DNA from: Eledone cirrhosa
Taxonomy: Eukaryota
Direction of reading: 5' to 3'
DNA length: 64,000 bases
Assembly: GCA_964016885.1 (NCBI GenBank)
Contig: OZ024765.1
Location: 22,630,001-22,694,000, forward strand
Shown: piece by piece, positions 53,723 to 64,000 of the stretch
Layout: every line of letters starts with the position of its first letter
How positions within the stretch are numbered: the stretch's first letter is position 1
Notes under the pieces: generated by a model
The model's input: only the letters and a program-made list of their open reading frames with translations
What the model was told of the DNA's origin: nothing
Database searches by the model: none
Made by a program: the position numbers and the translations under genes

Positions 53723-54105
53723 TAATCAAAATATATATTTTATTATATATATTTCAAATGTACTGGTGGTGTTTCAGTACGTTTTCATCAGACAAAATAT
53801 ATGATTTGATATATGACATACTGCTACTGTCTTGATTATTCAATTCCAGTATTGGCAGTGATTTATTTCATCAAATCTCACTGCATCCTTTAAAACTTCC
53901 ATGCTTCCTGAGATTCACCAACACTAAGGAAGTTTTAAAGGATGCAGTGAGATTTGATGAAATAAATCACTGCCAATACTGGAATTGAATAATCAAGACA
54001 GTATCAGTATGTCATATATCAAATCATATATTTTGTCTGATGAAAACGTACTGAAACACCACCAGTACCTTTGAAATATATATAATAAAATATATATTTT
54101 GATTA
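53723..54105. mobile_element. Fold-back element (about 178-bp arms) with a hammerhead in each arm
   Basis: Arms 53723-53900 and 53928-54105; CTGATGA(54037)-AAACGTACTG/CAGTACCTTT-GAAA(54073); same family as 1737 and 22423. Confidence 0.8.
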
Positions 54106-54823
54106 GTGGTTAGAGCATTGGCCTTGCAATCGAAAGGTTGTGAGTTCAATTCTCAGAGCGGGTGATGTGTTGTTTCCTTGAGCAAGACACTTATTTCACA
54201 TTGCTCCAGTTTACTCAGCTGTAGAAATGAGATGATAGGGACTGGGGTCCCTATCATTCCACTGTAAAGTGGTCGTGGAGGTGCCACGGCAAAAAAGCAC
54301 CCAGCACTCACTGTAAATGAGGTTGGTGTTAGGAAGGGCATCCAGCTGTAGAAATCAAGCCAGAATCAGTTCCCGTCCCACCCTTGCAAGCAGGGAAAAG
54401 TGGACGTATGATGATGAAATGATGATGATGTTTTATATATATATAAAAGTCTAAAGTCTGTCTTAAGCCAGAAGGCTCATTTGGCCGGTGTTTATCCCTG
54501 TTTCATGGTGTGAAGGGACTGTTCGTACAAGACTTCCCCCTGGACAGGACACCAGTCCATTGCAGGGTTAAACTCCAGATATTACTGGTACTCATTTTCA
54601 GCAGAGTATACTGGAGCAACGTGAAATGAAGTGTTTTGCTCAAGAACACAACACACAACCCAGGAATTATGATCGTAAATCCATCACCCTTACCACTAGG
54701 CCACGTACCTCCACTATATATATCAGAAATCTATAATAATACTAATAACAACAACAACAACAACAACAATAATAATGGTAACAATAAATATTGGTCACTT
54801 GAACAGTCTTTGATGTTGTCTAG

Positions 54824-54937
54824 ATTTCAGCATGCTCCAGCAGACCCCTGAAAACACATACCGTAACCATCGCTATTCCAGAAGATACAATAGCTATGGT
54901 GGTAGTTACAGATCTTATCACACGCGATACCACGACG
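54824..54937 (+). CDS. Host gene Tyr/Arg-rich cytoplasmic exon (DFSMLQQTPENTYRNHRYSRRYNSYGGSYRSYHTRYHD)
   Basis: gtctAG acceptor, ACG|GTGAGT donor; 114 nt, phase 1-1; overlaps ORF 54832..55089. Confidence 0.78.
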
Positions 54938-54977
54938 GTGAGTTGTATCACACCACCACCATTGCTGCCAACCCACC

Positions 54978-57900
54978 ATCCTGCAAGCTCTGGAATGTAC
55001 TCTACCCCCATCATCTTAGTTGTCTAGTCCACCTTGGAGTACATCGAGTCCTGCAAGCCTTAGAATGTACTCTACACCCATCATCTTAGTTGTCTAGTCC
55101 ACCTTGGAGTACATCGAGTCCTGCAAGCCTTAGACTGTACTCTACACCCATCATTTGTGCTCGATTACACTGTCTAGTCCACCTTGGAGTACATCCAGTC
55201 CTGCAAGCCTTAGACTGTACTCTACACCCATCATTTGTGCTCGATTACACTGTCTAGTCCACCTTGGAGTACATCCAGTCCTGCAAGCCTTAGACTGTAC
55301 TCTACACCCATCATTTGTGCTCTATTACACTGTCTAGTCCACCTTGGAGTACATCGAGTCCTGCAAGCCTTAGACTGTACTCTACACCCATCATTTGTGC
55401 TCGATTACACTGTCTAGTCCACCTTGGAGTACATCCAGTCCTGCAAGCCTTAGACTGTACTCTACACCCATCATTTGTGCTCGATTACACTGTCTAGTCC
55501 ACCTTGGAGTACATCGAGTCCTGCAAGCCTTAGAATGTACTCTACACCCATCATCTTAGTTGTCTAGTCCACCTTGGAGTACATCCAGTCCTGCAAGCCT
55601 TAGACTGTACTCTACACCCATCATTTGTGCTCGATTACACTGTCTAGTCCACCTTGGAGTACATCGAGTCCTGCAAGCCTTAGACTGTACTCTACACCCA
55701 TCATTTGTGCTCGATTACACTGTCTAGTCCACCTTGGAGTACATCCAGTCCTGCAAGCCTTAGACTGTACTCTACACCCATCATTTGTGCTCGATTACAC
55801 TGTCTAGTCCACCTTGGAGTACATCCAGTCCTGCAAGCCTTAGAATGTACTCTACACCCATCATCTTAGTTGTCTAGTCCACCTTGGAGTACATCCAGTC
55901 CTGCAAGCCTTAGAATGTACTCTACACCCATCATTTGTGCTCGATTACACTGTCTAGTCCACCTTGGAGTACATCGAGTCCTGCAAGCCTTAGAATGTAC
56001 TCTACCCCCATCATCTTAGTTGTCTAGTCCACCTTGGAGTACATCCAGTCCTGCAAGCCTTAGAATGTACTCTACACCCATCATCTTAGTTGTCTAGTCC
56101 ACCTTGGAGTACATCGAGTCCTGCAAGCCTTAGAATGTACTCTACACCCATCATCTTAGTTGTCTAGTCCACCTTGGAGTACATCCAGTCCTGCAAGCCT
56201 TAGAATGTACTCTACACCCATCATCTTAGTTGTCTAGTCCACCTTGGAGTACATCCAGTCCTGCAAGCCTTAGACTGTACTCTACACCCATCATTTGTGC
56301 TCGATTACACTGTCTAGTCCACCTTGGAGTACATCCAGTCCTGCAAGCCTTATAATGTACTCTACACCCATCATCTTAGTTGTCTAGTCCACCTTGGAGT
56401 ACATCCAGTCCTGCAAGCCTTAGAATGTACTCTACACCCATCATCTTAGTTGTCTAGTCCACCTTGGAGTACATCCAGTCCTGCAAGCCTTAGACTGTAC
56501 TCTACACCCATCATTTGTGCTCGATTACACTGTCTAGTCCACCTTGGAGTACATCCAGTCCTGCAAGCCTTAGAATGTACTCTACACCCATCATCTTAGT
56601 TGTCTAGTCCACCTTGGAGTACATCCAGTCCTGCAAGCCTTAGAATGTACTCTACACCCATCATCTTAGTTGTCTAGTCCACCTTGGAGTACATCCAGTC
56701 CTGCAAGCCTTAGAATGTACTCTACACCCATCATCTTAGTTGTCTAGTCCACCTTGGAGTACATCGAGTCCTGCAAGCCTTAGAATGTACTCTACACCCA
56801 TCATCTTAGTTGTCTAGTCCACCTTGGAGTACATCCAGTCCTGCAAGCCTTAGACTGTACTCTACACCCATCATTTGTGCTCGATTACACTGTCTAGTCC
56901 ACCTTGGAGTACATCCAGTCCTGCAAGCCTTAGAATGTACTCTACACCCATCATCTTAGTTGTCTAGTCCACCTTGGAGTACATCCAGTCCTGCAAGCCT
57001 TAGAATGTACTCTACACCCATCATCTTAGTTGTCTAGTCCACCTTGGAGTACATCGAGTCCTGCAAGCCTTAGAATGTACTCTACACCCATCATCTTAGT
57101 TGTCTAGTCCACCTTGGAGTACATCCAGTCCTGCAAGCCTTAGAATGTACTCTACACCCATCATCTTAGTTGTCTAGTCCACCTTGGAGTACATCCAGTC
57201 CTGCAAGCCTTAGACTGTACTCTACACCCATCATTTGTGCTCGATTACACTGTCTAGTCCACCTTGGAGTACATCCAGTCCTGCAAGCCTTAGAATGTAC
57301 TCTACACCCATCATTTGTGCTCGATTACACTGTCTAGTCCACCTTGGAGTACATCCAGTCCTGCAAGCCTTAGAATGTACTCTACACCCATCATCTTAGT
57401 TGTCTAGTCCACCTTGGAGTACATCGAGTCCTGCAAGCCTTAGAATGTACTCTACACCCATCATTTGTGCTCGATTACACTGTCTAGTCCACCTTGGAGT
57501 ACATCCAGTCCTGCAAGCCTTAGAATGTACTCTACACCCATCATCTTAGTTGTCTAGTCCACCTTGGAGTACATCGAGTCCTGCAAGCCTTAGAATGTAC
57601 TCTACACCCATCATTTGTGCTCGATTACACTGTCTAGTCCACCTTGGAGTACATCCAGTCCTGCAAGCCTTAGAATGTACTCTACACCCATCATCTTAGT
57701 TGTCTAGTCCACCTTGGAGTACATCCAGTCCTGCAAGCCTTAGAATGTACTCTACACCCATCATTTGTGCTCGATTACACTGTCTAGTCCACCTTGGAGT
57801 ACATCCAGTCCTGCAAGCCTTAGAATGTACTCTACACCCATCATCTTAGTTGTCTAGTCCACCTTGGAGTACATCGAGTGCTGCAAGCCTTAGAATGTAC

Positions 57901-60900
57901 TCTACACCCATCATTTGTGCTCGATTACACTGTCTAGTCCACCTTGGAGTACATCCAGTCCTGCAAGCCTTAGAATGTACTCTACACCCATCATCTTAGT
58001 TGTCTAGTCCACCTTGGAGTACATCCAGTCCTGCAAGCCTTAGAATGTACTCTACACCCATCATTTGTGCTCGATTACACTGTCTAGTCCACCTTGGAGT
58101 ACATCCAGTCCTGCAAGCCTTAGAATGTACTCTACACCCATCATCTTAGTTGTCTAGTCCACCTTGGAGTACATCCAGTCCTGCAAGCCTTAGAATGTAC
58201 TCTACACCCATCATTTGTGCTCGATTACACTGTCTAGTCCACCTTGGAGTACATCCAGTCCTGCAAGCCTTAGAATGTACTCTACACCCATCATCTTAGT
58301 TGTCTAGTCCACCTTGGAGTACATCCAGTCCTGCAAGCCTTAGAATGTACTCTACACCCATCATCTTAGTTGTCTAGTCCACCTTGGAGTACATCCAGTC
58401 CTGCAAGCCTTAGAATGTACTCTACACCCATCATCTTAGTTGTCTAGTCCACCTTGGAGTACATCGAGTCCTGCAAGCCTTAGAATGTACTCTACACCCA
58501 TCATTTGTGCTCGATTACACTGTCTAGTCCACCTTGGAGTACATCCAGTCCTGCAAGCCTTAGAATGTACTCTACACCCATCATCTTAGTTGTCTAGTCC
58601 ACCTTGGAGTACATCCAGTCCTGCAAGCCTTAGAATGTACTCTACACCCATCATTTGTGCTCGATTACACTGTCTAGTCCACCTTGGAGTACATCCAGTC
58701 CTGCAAGCCTTAGAATGTACTCTACACCCATCATCTTAGTTGTCTAGTCCACCTTGGAGTACATCCAGTCCTGCAAGCCTTAGAATGTACTCTACACCCA
58801 TCATCTTAGTTGTCTAGTCCACCTTGGAGTACATCGAGTCCTGCAAGCCTTAGAATGTACTCTACACCCATCATTTGTGCTCGATTACACTGTCTAGTCC
58901 ACCTTGGAGTACATCCAGTCCTGCAAGCCTTAGAATGTACTCTACACCCATCATCTTAGTTGTCTAGTCCACCTTGGAGTACATCGAATCCTGCAAGCCT
59001 TAGAATGTACTCTACACCCATCATCTTAGTTGTCTAGTCCACCTTGGAGTACATCGAGTCCTGCAAGCCTTAGAATGTACTCTACACCCATCATCTTAGT
59101 TGTCTAGTCCACCTTGGAGTACATCCAGTCCTGCAAGCCTTAGAATGTACTCTACACCCATCATCTTAGTTGTCTAGTCCACCTTGGAGTACATCCAGTC
59201 CTGCAAGCCTTAGAATGTACTCTACACCCATCATCTTAGTTGTCTAGTCCACCTTGGAGTACATCCAGTCCTGCAAGCCTTAGAATGTACTCTACACCCA
59301 TCATCCTAGTTGTCTAGTCCACCTTGGAGTACATCGAGTCCTGCAAGCCTTAGAATGTACTCTACACCCATCATCTTAGTTGTCTAGTCCACCTTGGAGT
59401 ACATCCAGTCCTGCAAGCCTTAGAATGTACTCTACACCCATCATCTTAGTTGTCTAGTCCACCTTGGAGTACATCGAATCCTGCAAGCCTTAGACTGTAC
59501 TCTACACCCATCATCTTAGTTGTCTAGTCCACCTTGGAGTACATCCAGTCCTGCAAGCCTTAGACTGTACTCTACACTCATCATTTGTGCTCGATTACAC
59601 TGTCTAGTCCACCTTGGAGTACATCCAGTCCTGCAAGCTCTGGAATGTACTCTACACCCATCATCTTAGTTGTCTAGTCCACCTTGGAGTACATCCAGTC
59701 CTGCAAGCCTTAGACTGTACTCTACACTCATCATTTGTGCTCGATTACACTGTCTAGTCCACCTTGGAGTACATCCAGTCCTGCAAGCTCTGGAATGTAC
59801 TCTACACCCATCATCTTAGTTGTCTAGTCCACCTTGGAGTACATCGAATCCTGCAAGCCTTAGACTGTACTCTACACCCATCATCTTAGTTGTCTAGTCC
59901 ACCTTGGAGTACATCCAGTCCTGCAAGCCTTAGACTGTACTCTACACCCATCATTCGTGCTCGATTACACTGTCTAGTCCACCTTGGAGTACATCGAATC
60001 CTGCAAGCCTTAGAATGTACTCTACACCCATCATTCGTGCTCGATTACACTGTCTAGTCCACCTTGGAGTACATCGAATCCTGCAAGCCTTAGAATGTAC
60101 TCTACACCCATCATTTGTGCTCGATTACACTGTCTAGTCCACCTTGGAGTACATCGAGTCCTGCAAGCCTTAGACTGTACTCTACACCCATCATTTTAGT
60201 TGTCTAGTCCACCTTGGAGTACATCGAGTCCTGCAAGCCTTAGAATGTACTCTACACCCATCATCTTAGTTGTCTAGTCCACCTTGGAGTACATCGAGTC
60301 CTGCAAGCCTTAGAATGTACTCTACACCCATCATCTTAGTTGTCTAGTCCACCTTGGAGTACATCGAGTCCTGCAAGCCTTAGAATGTACTCTACACCCA
60401 TCATCTTAGTTGTCTAGTCCACCTTGGAGTACATCGAGTCCTGCAAGCCTTAGAATGTACTCTACACCCATCATCTTAGTTGTCTAGTCCACCTTGGAGT
60501 ACATCGAGTCCTGCAAGCCTTAGAATGTACTCTACACCCATCATCTTAGTTGTCTAGTCCACCTTGGAGTACATCGAGTCCTGCAAGCCTTAGAATGTAC
60601 TCTACACCCATCATCTTAGTTGTCTAGTCCACCTTGGAGTACATCGAGTCCTGCAAGCCTTAGAATGTACTCTACACCCATCATCTTAGTTGTCTAGTCC
60701 ACCTTGGAGTACATCGAGTCCTGCAAGCCTTAGAATGTACTCTACACCCATCATTTGTGCTCGATTACACTGTCTAGTCCACCTTGGAGTACATCCAGTC
60801 CTGCAAGCCTTAGAATGTACTCTACACCCATCATCTTAGTTGTCTAGTCCACCTTGGAGTACATCGAGTCCTGCAAGCCTTAGAATGTACTCTACACCCA

Positions 60901-62225
60901 TCATCTTAGTTGTCTAGTCCACCTTGGAGTACATCGAGTCCTGCAAGCCTTAGAATGTACTCTACACCCATCATCTTAGTTGTCTAGTCCACCTTGGAGT
61001 ACATCCAGTCCTGCAAGCCTTAGAATGTACTCTACACCCATCATCTTAGTTGTCTAGTCCACCTTGGAGTACATCGAGTCCTGCAAGCCTTAGAATGTAC
61101 TCTACACCCATCATCTTAGTTGTCTAGTCCACCTTGGAGTACATCGAGTCCTGCAAGCCTTAGAATGTACTCTACACCCATCATCTTAGTTGTCTAGTCC
61201 ACCTTGGAGTACATCGAGTCCTGCAAGCCTTAGAATGTACTCTACACCCATCATCTTAGTTGTCTAGTCCACCTTGGAGTACATCGAGTCCTGCAAGCCT
61301 TAGAATGTACTCTACACCCATCATTTGTGCTCGATTACACTGTCTAGTCCACCTTGGAGTACATCCAGTCCTGCAAGCCTTAGAATGTACTCTACACCCA
61401 TCATCTTAGTTGTCTAGTCCACCTTGGAGTACATCGAGTCCTGCAAGCCTTAGAATGTACTCTACACCCATCATCTTAGTTGTCTAGTCCACCTTGGAGT
61501 ACATCGAGTCCTGCAAGCCTTAGAATGTACTCTACACCCATCATCTTAGTTGTCTAGTCCACCTTGGAGTACATCGAGTCCTGCAAGCCTTAGAATGTAC
61601 TCTACACCCATCATCTTAGTTGTCTAGTCCACCTTGGAGTACATCGAGTCCTGCAAGCCTTAGAATGTACTCTACACCCATCATCTTAGTTGTCTAGTCC
61701 ACCTTGGAGTACATCGAGTCCTGCAAGCCTTAGAATGTACTCTACACCCATCATCTTAGTTGTCTAGTCCACCTTGGAGTACATCCAGTCCTGCAAGCCT
61801 TAGAATGTACTCTACACCCATCATCTTAGTTGTCTAGTCCACCTTGGAGTACATCCAGTCCTGCAAGCCTTAGAATGTACTCTACACTCATCACCTTAGT
61901 TGTCTAGTCCACCTTGGAGTACATCGAATCCTGCAAGCCTTAGACTGTACTCTACACTCATCACCTTAGCTATCTAGTTCACCTTGGAGTACATCCAGTC
62001 CTATGAGCTCTAAAATGTACTCTAAACCCATCATTTGTGCTTGATTACACTGTCTAGTCCATCTTGGAGTACATTGAATTTTGTGAGCCTTAGTCTGTAC
62101 TCTACACCCATCATTTCAGCTGTCTAGTTTACCTTGGAGTACATCGAATCCTGCAAGCCCTAGACTGTACTCTACACCCATCACCTGTCTACACTTGGTT
62201 TCACTGTCAAGTCCACCTTGGAGTA
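54978..62225. repeat. 70/80-bp satellite (about 7.2 kb)
   Basis: Unit TGTCTAGTCCACCTTGGAGTACATCCAGTCCTGCAAGCCTTAGAATGTACTCTACACCCATCAT plus CTTAGT or TTGTGCTCGATTACAC. Confidence 0.95.
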
Positions 62226-62584
62226 TAGTGTGTACAATGTGCCTTGCGTTGTAGTTTTTAGTCTACACTGTCGACCTTACTCTGTAATCTCCACTGTAAC
62301 ACGTTATATTGAATATTTACACTGTTAGTCGCATGTAGCCTACACATGTAGCCTACACATTTAGCCTACACATGTAGACTACACATTTAGCCTACACATG
62401 TAGCCTACACATATAGTGTTTTCCCTCCACTGTATTGTATATTTACTCTTTCAGCCACATGTAGCATTCATTTTGGTGTAGAGGTTTCATTACACTGTAT
62501 TGTATATTTATACTGTCAGTCACATGTAGCATACACATGTAGTGTAGAGTTTTCACTACACTGTAATATATATTCTACACTCTA

Positions 62585-62852
62585 TAGTATTGTATTGTAT
62601 TGTATAGTCTTGTATAGTATAGTACTGTGTAGTATAGTACTGTATACTATAGTACTGTATACTATAGTACTGTATACTATAGTACTGTATAGTATAGTAC
62701 TGTATACTATAGTACTATATACTATAGTACTGTATAGTATTGTATTGTATAGTATTGTATAATATAGTACTGTATAGTATAGTACTGTATAGTATTGTAT
62801 ACTATAGTACTGTATACTATAGTACTGTATAGTATAGTACTGTACTGTATAG
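62585..62852. repeat. 10-bp (TATAGTACTG)n minisatellite
   Basis: Read directly. Confidence 0.85.
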
Positions 62853-63274
62853 TGTTTTATATCTACATTGGTTTGCCATCCTTAGTCTACACTTGTAGTA
62901 TAGAATCTATGCTATGTACATAATACATAATATACAAGTTTAGTGTAGTGTAGTGTAGTGTGATGTAGTGTAGTGTAGTGTGATGTAGTGTAGTGTAGTA
63001 TGATGTAGTGTTGTGTGATGTAGTGTAGTGTAGTGTAGAGTTTTTTTACTGCATGATGAACTTTTATGTAGTTTCCATTTCACAGTAGTGTAGAGTCTAC
63101 ATTTCACAGATGTGTAGAGTCTACATTTCACAGTAGTGTAGAGTCTACATTTCACAGTAGTGTAAAGTCTACAGTTTATAGTATACTGTAGCGTAAAGTT
63201 TACATTTTACAGTATACCGTGGTGTATTGTCTCCCTTAGAATGTAGTGTAGTTTGTAGTATTCCTTTTGGATAC

Positions 63275-64000
63275 AATATATTTATCACATAATAAATATA
63301 TTTATCACACAGTCAATATATTTATCACACAGTCAATATATTTATCACACAGTCAATATATTTATCATACAGTCAATATATTTATCACATAATCAATATA
63401 TTTATCATATTATCAATATATTTATCACATAATAAATATATTTATCACACAGTCAATATATTTATCTCATTGTCAATATATTTATCATGCAGTCAATATA
63501 TTTATGACATAATATATATATTTATCACACAGTCAATATATTTATCTCATTGTCAATATATTTATCTCATTGTCAATATATTTATTTCATTGCCAATATA
63601 TTTATCTCACAGTCAATATATTTATCTCATTGTCAATATATTTATCTCATTGTCAATACATTTATCACATAATAAATATATTTATCACATAATAAATATA
63701 TTTATGACACAGTCAATATATTTATCACACAGTCAATATATTTATCACACAGTCAATATATTTATCACACAGTCAATATATTTATCACACAGTCAATATA
63801 TTTATCACACAGTCAATATATTTATCACACAGTCAATATATTTATCACACAGTCAATTTATTTATGACACAGTCAATATATTTATGACACAGTCAATATA
63901 TTTATCACACAGTCAATAATTTATCTCATTGTCAATATATTTATGACACAGTCAATATATTTATCACACAGTCAATATATTTATCACACAGTCAATATAT
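63275..64000. repeat. 20-bp minisatellite (TCAATATATTTATCACACAG)n
   Basis: Read directly; continues to the window end. Confidence 0.9.

Noticed and set aside
54978-62225. CRISPR-like repeat/spacer appearance
   Set aside because: The 'spacers' are two invariant alternatives rather than unique sequences; no cas genes; eukaryotic context.

Overview
Eukaryotic, very AT-rich and microsatellite-laden DNA, probably an octopus or other coleoid cephalopod (inferred from the SINE types and repeat landscape). Most long ORFs in the track are repeat artefacts. By reading splice signals I find ten small + strand exons (36-114 nt) spread over about 49 kb, all phase 1-1. They join in one open frame into the transmembrane helix and Tyr-motif-rich cytoplasmic tail of a single-pass membrane protein, and both ends of the gene lie outside the window. 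Two adjacent paralogous juxtamembrane exons (VKYR...) look mutually exclusive. The introns hold a decayed autonomous Helitron (STPR-like repeats, Rep, PIF1 helicase), a small non-autonomous Helitron, maT and mariner relics, piggyBac-type and hAT MITEs, CR1, RTE and REL-type LINE fragments, two abundant tRNA-derived SINE families, and several satellites derived from these elements. Hidden on both strands are about 15 minimal type-I hammerhead ribozyme motifs in several sequence families. They are linked to Penelope-like GIY-YIG relics and often sit in long fold-back palindromes with covarying stem II.
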